DNA of 47,070 bases, taken from Gemmatimonadaceae bacterium (GTDB taxonomy: Bacteria; Gemmatimonadota; Gemmatimonadetes; Gemmatimonadales; Gemmatimonadaceae). Positions 38,241 to 47,070 of this stretch are shown one piece after another. The notes below the pieces were generated by a model. It ran no database searches. It worked only from the letters and a program-made list of their open reading frames with translations, and had not been told where the DNA came from. Numbering within the stretch: the first letter of the stretch is position 1; each line of letters starts with the position of its first letter. A program made the position numbers and the translations under genes. The stretch is taken from the NCBI GenBank assembly GCA_040901985.1, contig JBBDYC010000010.1, positions 1-47,070 on the forward strand, written 5' to 3'.

Positions 38241-40355
38241 GTGTACCGCGTCCCCGTCGCGTCCCTCTATTTCTTCCTGTCCTTCGCAGCCCTGCAAACG
38301 ATGAACGCCCAGCAACCCCCGGTCGCCCGTCGGATCCCGGCGGTCACCACGCTCCACGGCGAAACGCGCACCGACCCCTACGCCTACTTCCGCGACAAGG
38401 GGCACCCCGAGACGATCCCCTACCTCGAGCGCGAGAACGCGTACACCGAGGCGATGACCGCGCACACCAAGGCGCTCGAGCAGCAGCTCTACGACGAGAT
38501 CATCGGACGGATCAAGGAGGACGATTCCAACGTCCCGGTGAAGCGCGGCGAGTGGTTCTACTACTCGCGCACGGAGCGGGGCAAGCAGTACCCCATCTAC
38601 GCCCGCAAGCGCGGGTCGCTCGAGGCGCCGGAGGAGATCTACTTTGACCAGAACAAGGAGGCCGAGGGATTCAGCTTCTATGCGCTCGGCGGAATGGAAG
38701 TCTCACCGGACCACCAGCGTCTTGCCGTGCTCGTGGACACGACCGGCTACGAGGACTTCACCCTCCAGGTGAAGGACCTCCGGACCGGGGCGTGGCTCGC
38801 CGACCGGATCGAGAAACTGGCCTTTGGCCTCGCGTGGGCCAGCGACAACCGGACGCTGTTCTACCTGACGATGGACTCCGCCAAGCGCGGCGACCAGGTG
38901 TGGCGCCACGTGGTCGGGACGCCGCGCGCGGAGGACGTGTCGGTCTACCACGAGCGCGACGTGCTGTTCAACGCCGACGTCTCGCGTGAGCGCAGTGACG
39001 AATGGATCATCGTCGGGAGCAGCTCGTTCACCTCGGCGGAGTGGTACGCGATTCCGGCGGGCGAGCCGACCGCCGCGCCCCGCCTGATTGCCGCGCGGCG
39101 GCCGGGGGTCGAGTACTCGGTGAGCGCCGGCGCCGGCTTCTTCTATATCCACACCAATGAGAATGCGACGAACTTCAAGGTGATGCGCGCGCCATTCGAT
39201 GCGACCACGCCGGCGCAGTGGGAGGAGTGGGTCGCGCACAACGACGACGCCTTCATCGAGGGCGTGCTGCCGTTCCGCGAGCACGTCGTGGTGATACAGC
39301 GGCGCGAGGGCCTGCGCCGGCTCGCCGTGACCGACCTCGCCGGCGGGATCGCGCACGAGATCACGTTCCCGGAGGCGGCGTACGGCGTGTTCCCGTCGGG
39401 GAACCCGGAGTTCAACACCCGCACCCTGCGCTTCGCCTACAGCTCGATGGTGACGCCGAACTCGGTGTTCGACTATGCGATGGACACGCGGGCGCGCGAG
39501 CTCAGGAAGCGTGATGAGGTGCTCGGTGGCTTCGACCCCAACCGCTATGAGGTCGAGCGGACCTTTGCCACCGCCCGCGACGGCGCGCGCGTCCCCGTCT
39601 CACTCGTCTACCGGAAAGGGCTGGTGCGTGACGGCAAGCGGCCGCTCCTCCTCTACGCCTATGGATCGTACGGCGCGACGATGGAGCCGACGTTCAGTTC
39701 GGTGCGCTTCTCGCTCATTGACCGCGACTTCATCTACGCCATCGCCCACGTGCGCGGCGGCGAGGAGATGGGACGGCGCTGGTACGACGAGGGGAAGATG
39801 CTGCATAAGATGAACACGTTCACCGACTTCATTGACGTGGCCGAGCACCTGGTCCGCGAACGGTATACCTCGCCGGACCGTCTCGCCGCGAATGGCGGGA
39901 GCGCGGGCGGGCTCCTGATGGGCGCGGTGGCCAACCTGCGCCCCGACCTCTTCAAGGTGATCGTCGCCGACGTGCCGTTCGTGGACGTGATCAACACGAT
40001 GCTCGACGCCAGCATCCCGCTCACCGCCCAGGAGTGGGAGCAGTGGGGCAACCCGGCGATTCCCGAGCACTATCGGTATATGCGGCAGTATTCGCCCTAC
40101 GACAACGTTGAGCCGAAGGCGTATCCGCGGATGCTCGTGATGAGCGGGATCAACGACTCACGGGTGGCATACTGGGAGCCGACCAAGTGGGTGGCGTTGC
40201 TGCGCGCCACCAAGACCGACGCCAACCCGCTCCTCCTGAAGATGAACATGGGTGCCGGGCACGGTGGCGGCTCGGGTCGCTATGAGCGTTACCGCGAGAT
40301 GGCGTTCCGGTACGCGTTCATCGTGGACCAGACGCTGCAGGGCTTGGTGCAGTAG
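38241..40355 (+). CDS. ptrB: Oligopeptidase B (S9A), secreted
   Basis: HGETRTDPY, YGSYG, HVRGGEEMG, GGSAGG, NDSRVAYWEP, GAGHGG; signal peptide MNA-Q. Confidence 0.93.
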   Translation: MYRVPVASLYFFLSFAALQTMNAQQPPVARRIPAVTTLHGETRTDPYAYFRDKGHPETIPYLERENAYTEAMTAHTKALEQQLYDEIIGRIKEDDSNVPVKRGEWFYYSRTERGKQYPIYARKRGSLEAPEEIYFDQNKEAEGFSFYALGGMEVSPDHQRLAVLVDTTGYEDFTLQVKDLRTGAWLADRIEKLAFGLAWASDNRTLFYLTMDSAKRGDQVWRHVVGTPRAEDVSVYHERDVLFNADVSRERSDEWIIVGSSSFTSAEWYAIPAGEPTAAPRLIAARRPGVEYSVSAGAGFFYIHTNENATNFKVMRAPFDATTPAQWEEWVAHNDDAFIEGVLPFREHVVVIQRREGLRRLAVTDLAGGIAHEITFPEAAYGVFPSGNPEFNTRTLRFAYSSMVTPNSVFDYAMDTRARELRKRDEVLGGFDPNRYEVERTFATARDGARVPVSLVYRKGLVRDGKRPLLLYAYGSYGATMEPTFSSVRFSLIDRDFIYAIAHVRGGEEMGRRWYDEGKMLHKMNTFTDFIDVAEHLVRERYTSPDRLAANGGSAGGLLMGAVANLRPDLFKVIVADVPFVDVINTMLDASIPLTAQEWEQWGNPAIPEHYRYMRQYSPYDNVEPKAYPRMLVMSGINDSRVAYWEPTKWVALLRATKTDANPLLLKMNMGAGHGGGSGRYERYREMAFRYAFIVDQTLQGLVQ

Positions 40356-40376
40356 CCGTGGTTGCGGCGTCGCCAC

Positions 40377-41768
40377 CTAGAGCTGTTTCACCTCGGTGAC
40401 GAGCTTCGTCAGCGTCCCCTTCGCGTCCCCAAAGAGCATCTGCGTCTTGGGGTCGTAGAACAGTTCGTTCTCGATCCCCGCGAAGCCCGCCGACATCCCA
40501 CGCTTCATCACGATGATCCGCTTGGCGTGGTCGGCGTTGAGGATCGGCATCCCGTGGATCGGGCTCGACGGGTCGTTGCGCGCCGCCGGGTTCACCACGT
40601 CGTTCGCCCCGATCACCAGCGCCACGTCGGCGCGGTCGAACTCCGGATTGATGTCGTCCATGTCGAGCAGCTTGTCGTACGGGATGTTCGCCTCGGCGAG
40701 GAGCACGTTCATATGCCCCGGCATCCGGCCGGCCACCGGGTGGATCGCGAACTTGACCGTGCCGCCGCGCTTCTCGATCAGGTCCATCAGCTCACGCACC
40801 TGGTGTTGCGCCTGGGCCACCGCCAGCCCATAGCCGGGCACGACAATCACGAGCTGGGCGTAGCCAAGCTGCAGCGCCGCCTCCTCGATGTTGGTCGTGT
40901 TCACCGACAGGCCTGCCGCACTCTTGGCGCCCACGGTGACCGTCGCCCCGAAGCCACCGAAGAGCACGTTGGCGAGCGACCGATTCATTGCCCGGCACAT
41001 GATCTGGCTGAGGATGATCCCCGACGAGCCGACGAGGGCGCCGCTGACGATCAGCACCTCGTTCCGGATCACGAACCCCGTCATCGCCGCGGCGATCCCC
41101 GAGTACGAGTTGAGCACCGCGATCACGACCGGCATATCGGCGCCGCCGATCGGGATGACCAGGAGGATACCGAGCAGCAGCGCGAGGACGATGAGCGCGT
41201 AGAAGAACATCAGCGGCGCCGCTGGGTCGGCGACCACATAGGCGCCGATCGCGAGGATGGCGAGGAAGATCGTCGCGTTGATCGTCTTTTGAAACGGGAA
41301 GACCACCGCGCGCCCCGCCATCAACTCCTGGAGCTTGGCGAAGGCAATCACGCTCCCGGTCACCGTCACCGCGCCGATCAGCACGCCGATCTGGGTCGAG
41401 AGGGCGACGTCGAACGTCACGCTCAGGCCGCGGTCCTCGACGTGGAGGAATTCCGCGCTCGCGACGAGGAGCGATGCGCCGCCGCCGGCGCCGTTCAGGA
41501 GGGCGACCATCTGTGGCATCGCGGTCATCTTCACCAGCCGCGCCATAGACAGCCCGATCGCGCCGCCGACAATCAGCCCGGCGATGATCGTCGTGTACCC
41601 GACGATGGTCTGGTCGAGCAGGGTGACGGTGAGCGCAATCAGCATCCCCGTCGCCGAGATGCGGTTGCCGAGGCGCGCCGTCTCCGGGCTCTGCAGTCTC
41701 CGCAACCCGAGGATGAAGAGGACCGCCGCCGTCAGGTAGAGGAGCCGCGCCAGCCAGGGGGCAATCAC
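40377..41768 (-). CDS. pntB: NAD(P) transhydrogenase beta subunit
   Basis: KMTAMPQMVA, IGGADMPVVI, VPGYGLAVAQAQH, HPVAGRMPGHMNVLLAE, GANDVVNP. Confidence 0.97.
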   Translation of the reverse strand: MIAPWLARLLYLTAAVLFILGLRRLQSPETARLGNRISATGMLIALTVTLLDQTIVGYTTIIAGLIVGGAIGLSMARLVKMTAMPQMVALLNGAGGGASLLVASAEFLHVEDRGLSVTFDVALSTQIGVLIGAVTVTGSVIAFAKLQELMAGRAVVFPFQKTINATIFLAILAIGAYVVADPAAPLMFFYALIVLALLLGILLVIPIGGADMPVVIAVLNSYSGIAAAMTGFVIRNEVLIVSGALVGSSGIILSQIMCRAMNRSLANVLFGGFGATVTVGAKSAAGLSVNTTNIEEAALQLGYAQLVIVVPGYGLAVAQAQHQVRELMDLIEKRGGTVKFAIHPVAGRMPGHMNVLLAEANIPYDKLLDMDDINPEFDRADVALVIGANDVVNPAARNDPSSPIHGMPILNADHAKRIIVMKRGMSAGFAGIENELFYDPKTQMLFGDAKGTLTKLVTEVKQL

Positions 41769-42064
41769 TTGGCGTCCTCCCGCGGGCTCTTCTTGAACAT
41801 CTCCAGCATCCGGTCCGTGACCGTGTAGCCGCCGACCACGTTCATCATCGCGAAGACGATGGCGAGGAAGCCGAGCACGCTGGAGAGCCAGCCGAACCCG
41901 GCGCCGGCGACGAGCAACGCGCCCACCACGGTGATCCCGGAGACCGCGTTTGCCCCCGACATCAGCGGCGTGTGGAGCGTCGGCGGCACCCGCCCGATGA
42001 GCGAGGCGCCGAGGAAGGTGGCGAGGACGAAGACGACGATCCCGCCAATCAGCACATCAGTCAT
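41765..42064 (-). CDS. pntA: NAD(P) transhydrogenase alpha subunit part 2 (membrane)
   Basis: VPPTLHTPLMSGANAVSG, NVVGGYTVTDRMLEMF. Confidence 0.95.
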   Translation of the reverse strand: MTDVLIGGIVVFVLATFLGASLIGRVPPTLHTPLMSGANAVSGITVVGALLVAGAGFGWLSSVLGFLAIVFAMMNVVGGYTVTDRMLEMFKKSPREDAK

Positions 42065-43161
42065 CAGGAGGCCCTCTTGCCGGTGACCATCATCGCGCCC
42101 GTGATCTCGTCGGCGGCGTCCACGTGGAGCGCGCCGTCCTTCAACAGGTGTTGCACGAACGTCAGGATGTTGCGGGAGAGCATCTGCGACGCGTGCGTCG
42201 GCATCAGCGCCGGCAGGTTCAGCGGGCCGATCACCTGCACGCCGCCCACCTGGACCGTCTCGCCGGGCCGGGTGGCCTCGCAATTGCCGCCGCTCTCGGC
42301 GGCGAGGTCCACGATGACCGCGCCCGGGTTCATCGTGCGCACCGTGGCGGTGGAGATGAGACGGGGCGCCGCGCGGCCCGGGATCGCCGCCGTGGTGATG
42401 ACCAGATCCATCCCCTTCAGATGTTCGCGCAACGCGGCCTGGATGGCCTCCTGCTGCTCCTTCGTCTGCTCCTTGGCGTAGCCGCCCGCCGTCTCGGCGT
42501 CCTGCGCAATCAGTTCCTGGGCGACGACCGTGGCGCCGAGCGAGCGGATCTGTTCGGCCGCCGCGGCGCGGATGTCGAACGCCGAGACGATGCCGCCGAG
42601 GCGGCGCGCGGTCGCGATGGCCTGGAGGCCGGCGACGCCGGCACCGAGGACGCACACCTTGGACGGCGCGATCGTGCCGGCCGCCGTCGTGAGCATCGGC
42701 AGGAACTTGCCCAGTGCCGACGCGCCGACGAGCACGGCCTTGTAGCCGGAGACCGTGGCTTGCGAGGAGAGCACGTCCATGGACTGCGCGCGGGTGATGC
42801 GCGGGACGAGTTCCAGCGCGAAGGCGGTGACGCCCCGCGCCTCGAGCGCCGCAATCTCCTCCGCGCTCGACGAGGGCTGCAGCAGCGACACGAGATGCGC
42901 GCCGCGCTTGAGCTTGGCGGTCTCGTCGGCGGAGGGCTTCTGGACCTTGCAGACAAAGTCGGCGGTGGAGAGCACCGTCTCCCGGTCGCTCGGTTTGCCG
43001 CCCACCCAGGTGTAGGTCTCGTCCGGGAATCCGGCGCGCGCACCGGCGCCGCGTTCGACGAGGACCGTGACGCCGGCCTTCACGAGTTTGCCGACGGCTT
43101 CGGGGATGAGGGCGACACGTGCTTCGCCCGGGGTGCGTTCAGCGGGGATTCCGAGGATCAT
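42064..43161 (-). CDS. pntA: NAD(P) transhydrogenase alpha subunit part 1 (domain I)
   Basis: PRITRAQSMDVLSSQ, GAGVAGLQAIATARRLG, DLAAESGGNC. Confidence 0.96.
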   Translation of the reverse strand: MILGIPAERTPGEARVALIPEAVGKLVKAGVTVLVERGAGARAGFPDETYTWVGGKPSDRETVLSTADFVCKVQKPSADETAKLKRGAHLVSLLQPSSSAEEIAALEARGVTAFALELVPRITRAQSMDVLSSQATVSGYKAVLVGASALGKFLPMLTTAAGTIAPSKVCVLGAGVAGLQAIATARRLGGIVSAFDIRAAAAEQIRSLGATVVAQELIAQDAETAGGYAKEQTKEQQEAIQAALREHLKGMDLVITTAAIPGRAAPRLISTATVRTMNPGAVIVDLAAESGGNCEATRPGETVQVGGVQVIGPLNLPALMPTHASQMLSRNILTFVQHLLKDGALHVDAADEITGAMMVTGKRAS

Positions 43162-43360
43162 CGCGTGGGGACTGAGGGGGAGCGCAGTGGCGGGTAAACT
43201 GATGCGCGGGACCTCGCGACGGAACCGGGGAACTGCTGGCGGCCTGTGCGGGGAACCCCGTCCCCGAGCTTCAGGCGCGTCCAGAATGGCGCGATTTACC
43301 GCGGCCTGCGCTGCTCCGTGGCGAGTTGCGCGGGCGTAGCCGAAGCGACTAGTCAGCCAC

Positions 43361-43535
43361 TGTCACCGTGTGACGGTCCCAATCTGTTGCGTGGCAATGG
43401 TTTAGCGCTGACCAAATTGACCGGACTGATATAAAACGGTGCAATGTCGTGACTTACGACTTGAGCTTGCACCGAATGTCACAATGTGACCTAAGTCTCA
43501 GTGTGCAAACAAGATACACTGGCATGCGAAGTGCC
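43361..43535 (+). promoter_or_regulatory. Candidate sigma54 promoter with IHF-like site and two palindromic boxes
   Basis: TGTCAC-N3-GTGAC at 43361-43374 and 43477-43490; CAA-TCTG-TTG-N5-CAA-TGGT-TTA at 43380-43404; TGGCATGCGAAGTGCC (GG-N10-GC) at 43520-43535. Confidence 0.6.
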
Positions 43536-43716
43536 ACTAGTTGATATTGTCTGGACAGCGTTGCGTTACGTGACTCTGCACATCCAGACATCGTCAAGAG
43601 TCGGCACAGCGGCTTTCAACAAGGAAGAGCGCGGTTCCTGCACGGCAGGTCCAGAAGGCCTAGGTCAAAAATCCCCCAGTGTTGTCGGTTGTCCAACCAC
43701 GTTCGAGGAGAGAAGA

Positions 43717-44286
43717 ATGTCGAAGTACTTGGTTCGATTGGTGACGGGGCTCGCGGTAGTCGCGATGCCGATGGTGGCGGTGGAGGCGCAGACGTGCTCG
43801 CGGATCAACGGCGTCAACAGCGGCAGCTGCAGCGTGGACGCGAACCTCACGGTGCCCACCATCGTGACCCTGACGGTCCCGGCGTCGATCGTTGTTGACC
43901 CGATCGCCGACTGGAACGCGTTCTTCACGGCGGGCGTGGTCGACTCGACGTATAACGAGATCGGCCTCACGGTGCGCTCGAACGTCGGCGACGTGGCGCT
44001 GACCGTCACGGCGAGCGCGCTGAGCGGTACAGCCGCAGGCGTGGCGGGCAACACCCGTACGTTCGCGGACTATGGCTACAAGGTGCTGGCGGCGGGCACC
44101 TGCACGGCGGACGGCTATACCGCGTTCACCGGAGCGGCCCAGGCCCTCTCGTCCATCCCGACCGGCCCGTTGGATGCGCCGACGCTCACGCTCTGCGTGG
44201 CGGCGGAGTTCGATCCGGCTGACCTGACGACGCTCCGCGCCGGTGTCTATACACTGCCGCTGGCCGTCATCATCACCGGCCCGTAA
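43717..44286 (+). CDS. Secreted beta-rich protein, candidate major pilin/fibre subunit
   Basis: RBS GAGGAG; signal peptide VEA-Q; 189 aa, T/A/G/V rich; four Cys; C-terminal strand AGVYTLPLAVIITGP. Confidence 0.7.
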   Translation: MSKYLVRLVTGLAVVAMPMVAVEAQTCSRINGVNSGSCSVDANLTVPTIVTLTVPASIVVDPIADWNAFFTAGVVDSTYNEIGLTVRSNVGDVALTVTASALSGTAAGVAGNTRTFADYGYKVLAAGTCTADGYTAFTGAAQALSSIPTGPLDAPTLTLCVAAEFDPADLTTLRAGVYTLPLAVIITGP

Positions 44287-44314
44287 TCGCACGACGCGCC
44301 CCGGAAGAGTGCCG

Positions 44315-45166
44315 ATGCGCCAGTGCGCGAAGGCATCGCGAGCAGTCCTGGGATCCACCGGCACACTGGTGATGATCCTGGGGCTGCTCGCACTTCCGGG
44401 CGGTCGCGTGGACGCGCAGGTCGCCGTTGATGTGCTCGAACGCCACATCGTGCTCGGCCGCGACCCGCTGAGCCAGGTGATTGGCGTCCGCAACGAGACC
44501 GATTCGGTGCAACAGGTGCAGGTCTCGGTGCAGGACTGGGAACGCGACTCCCTGGGGAACAACGTCTTCGTGGACCTGGGGACGTTGGACGCGAGCTGCG
44601 GGGACCGACTCGAGGTCTTCCCGCGCACGCTGCAGATCGGACCGCAGCGGACCGAGAACCTCCGGGTCACCTACCGCCCGACCGGCGTGTCGGACGAAGG
44701 GTGCTGGGGGATCGTGATGATCGAGCCCGTCCGGCCGCCAATCACGGCGACCGGTGCGCGGTCAACCGCGGTGATCACGGTGCTGACGGGCGTCAAGATC
44801 TACGTGCGTCGCTCGGACGCCACGATCGCCGGCACCATCGAGTTCGCTGATGTCGAGGCGTCCTGGCTTCCCGCTGCCGCGGGGAAGCCGGCAGCCGACT
44901 CCACGATGGTGCAAGACGTGGTCGTGCGCTTCGTGAGCACCGGCACCGACCATATGCGACTGACCTCGGTGTTCGAGATCCGCGACGACCGTACGCAACT
45001 CGTCGCGCGAATCAACGGGCCCGTGGCCTATCTCACGCCCGGCGCGTTCCGGGATCTCCTCGTCCGGGTGCCGGAGCTCCCGCGCGGCCGCTACGTCGCG
45101 GTCGTGCTCGTGGATTTCGGTGACGACGAGGTCCAGGCTGCCCAAGTCGAATTCGAGGTGCCGTGA
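44315..45166 (+). CDS. PapD-like two-Ig-domain periplasmic chaperone
   Basis: Signal ending VDA-Q; VRN...VQDW, LEVFPRTLQIGPQ..ENLRV, WGIVMIE, GVKIYVR (compare PapD IKLFYRP), second Ig domain ending GRYVAVVLVDFG. Confidence 0.72.
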   Translation: MRQCAKASRAVLGSTGTLVMILGLLALPGGRVDAQVAVDVLERHIVLGRDPLSQVIGVRNETDSVQQVQVSVQDWERDSLGNNVFVDLGTLDASCGDRLEVFPRTLQIGPQRTENLRVTYRPTGVSDEGCWGIVMIEPVRPPITATGARSTAVITVLTGVKIYVRRSDATIAGTIEFADVEASWLPAAAGKPAADSTMVQDVVVRFVSTGTDHMRLTSVFEIRDDRTQLVARINGPVAYLTPGAFRDLLVRVPELPRGRYVAVVLVDFGDDEVQAAQVEFEVP

Positions 45167-45669
45167 TGCGCCGCAGCCTCCGCGTCGCCGGAGTCTGTGG
45201 AGCCGTCCTCCTCGCCGCCACGGTGGGGGTGGCCCCCACGCTCCACGGCCAGACGAACCGGCTCACGGTCCTCACGCTCTCGGGCTTTCCGCTGACCGTG
45301 AGCACCACGACGCCGGCGGACTTCGATGCCGGCAGCGTCCCGCTCGGGACGACCGGGTTCACCGTGGACCTGACGTCGAACGCCGGCCCTGGCTTCGCGA
45401 CCCGCGTCACGACCGTGAATGTGCAGTGCGGGCTCCCCTGTCCGGCTGGCGTCACGTCGTTGCAGTGGCGGCGCAACGACCTCAGCGTCTGGAACACGCT
45501 CACCACGAGCTTCGCCCTCGTCGAGTCGCGGACCGCGACCTTCAACGGCGTGAACGACCCGTGGTCGAACTCGATGCTCTGGCGCTATCTCGTCGGCTGG
45601 ACCACCAACCCACCAGCGCCGACGGAACAGTACCTGATCACGTTCCAGCTCGTGGTGACTGCCCCGTGA
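45163..45669 (+). CDS. Secreted beta-rich protein, candidate minor pilin
   Basis: Start overlaps the chaperone stop; signal LHG-Q; TPADFDAG; Cys pair; C-terminal EQYLITFQLVVTAP parallels the first subunit. Confidence 0.7.
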   Translation: MMRRSLRVAGVCGAVLLAATVGVAPTLHGQTNRLTVLTLSGFPLTVSTTTPADFDAGSVPLGTTGFTVDLTSNAGPGFATRVTTVNVQCGLPCPAGVTSLQWRRNDLSVWNTLTTSFALVESRTATFNGVNDPWSNSMLWRYLVGWTTNPPAPTEQYLITFQLVVTAP

Positions 45670-47016
45670 CGCGCCTTGCGATCCGCGGCCTCCTGGCAAT
45701 GCTCCTTGGCGTCGGCGCCCCGGCCGGGCTGGGCGCGCACGGGCGTGCCGCCGACGTGCTTCGCCTGCCGCCGGTGACGATTGCGGGGGCTCCGCGCTCG
45801 CTGGTGACGTTCGCGATCGCGGTGCCCGCTGAGGTCGAGGCGGCGGCCGGACTGCGCTACCAGGTCGAGCTCCGCGGGGCCACCGAGGTGCTCGGTCGCC
45901 TCGAGGGCGAACTCGCCGAGGGCCGCCGCCAGATCGTGCTGACCCTGCGCGTCCCCGCCGACGCCCGCGTCGGTCTCCTCGACGTGGCCGACGTCATATT
46001 CCGCGGTGCCGACGGCGAGGTCGTGATCGTCCCAATCATCCTGCGCGTCCCCGCCGTCCGGGCAATGCGAATCACCGGGCCGCCGATGTACGCGGACCTC
46101 CGGCAGGGTGATCGCGTCGAGATCGCGTTCCGGATCCAGAATCTCGGCAACGCCCCGGAGGAGGTGGAGGTCCACGTGACCCCGCCGTCCGGGTGGCTGA
46201 TGCGCACGCCCCGCGTCACCGTCGTGCGGATGGAGCCGTTCGGCTCCCGTGACGTGAACGTCCGTCTCTCCGTGCCGGCCGCCGCCGACGGCGGCGACTA
46301 CTACGTGGCGGGCTCGGTGCGGCCGCGAAGCGGGGCGGACTCGGCGGTCGCCGTGTCGGCGTCGACGCGGCTGCAGGTCCGCGCGCGCGAGACGCGCGAG
46401 CCGGGCCTCAAGTTCTCCCCGTTTGTCGCGGCGGCCACGAGCTATGGCGGCACCGCCGTGGCCACCGGGTTCGGCCTCCACGGACCGATTGCCGACAACG
46501 TGCGGCTCTCATTGCAGGTCCTCCCCTTCGCCTCCTCGACCAATTCCGGCGGACTTGGCCTGGCCGGAGTCGGCGGAATCGGCGTTCCCGTCCAGGCCGC
46601 CGTCTTCGGCGACGGATGGAACGTCATCGCCGGGAACACGTCCGCACGGATCTCCGACCTCACGGGGATGAACGTCGTCGGGGTCGGCGCGCAGGCCTCG
46701 CTGAACCGGTCCGGTCGAGAGGCGATTGTGCTCGCGTCACGGCCAATCAGTGGCACCGGCCAGACCGGCGAACACCTCGGCGCGGGCGCGTGGTGGAACA
46801 CGGCGTTCGGGCGCGTCGGCGGTTCGGCGTCGCAACTGCGCGAGTCGTATAACGGTGCGATCTCGCGGGAACTGACTGCGGTCGGCGCCGATTGGACGTC
46901 GCACCCCGTCAAGGACTGGGTTCTCGATGGCGGGCTCGCGGTGCGACAAGTAAACGATGCCGCACATCTCGGGTATCGCGTCCAGGCACTCCGCGAAGGC
47001 GACGGGCAACGGGTCC
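45666..47016 (+). CDS. Large exported protein (partial): Ig/NEW3-like domains then beta-barrel-like region; candidate non-canonical usher
   Basis: Not in ORF track (no stop before the window end). GTG overlaps the upstream stop. Own translation MTRLAIRGLLAMLLGVG..., VLTLRVPADARVG, FRIQNLGNAPE...PPSGW...LSVPAAADGGDY, then Gly/aromatic amphipathic strands. Confidence 0.75.

Positions 47017-47070
<54 letters not shown>

Noticed and set aside
40377..43161. Split pntA as a frameshifted pseudogene
   Set aside because: The three-gene transhydrogenase arrangement is well known, and part 2 has its own coupled start.
43501..43716. N-terminal extension of the pilin ORF from GTG 43501
   Set aside because: It overlaps the promoter and leader; the strong RBS and signal peptide support ATG 43717.
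43598..43716. c-di-GMP riboswitch in the pilin leader
   Set aside because: Class I and class II consensus elements were not recognisable by eye.

Overview
GC-rich bacterial chromosomal window with housekeeping and cell-envelope genes. Gene content and signal-peptide style suggest Gemmatimonadota or a relative (inference). In order, it holds: tRNA-fMet (partial) and tRNA-Met; a Tat-exported protein, an LTA-synthase-family enzyme and an M20 peptidase; a TPP riboswitch controlling a thiamine-type TonB receptor plus MarR; a HEAT/cyclophilin protein; the TIGR03546/TIGR03545 pair; proline dehydrogenase; an ECF sigma/FecR-like/cytochrome c operon; a DUF305+LVIVD pair; ppk2; an ABC exporter; a Pho-box-preceded porin-pstSCABB-phoU operon; a penicillin-acylase-family enzyme; a three-lipoprotein LpoB-like/COG3014-like operon; oligopeptidase B; and a three-gene pnt transhydrogenase. 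The most novel element is at the right end (43.2-47.0 kb): a candidate sigma54/IHF-controlled, non-canonical chaperone-usher-like fibre locus. It encodes two pilin-like subunits, a PapD-like chaperone and an Ig-domain plus beta-barrel protein that is absent from the ORF track and truncated by a poly-G artefact. Window-wide patterns are Gln at +1 of secreted proteins, enrichment of D-(S/T)-hydrophobic sequons in exported proteins, and leaderless genes. No mobile elements or CRISPR arrays were seen. Family names come from motif recognition, not database searches.
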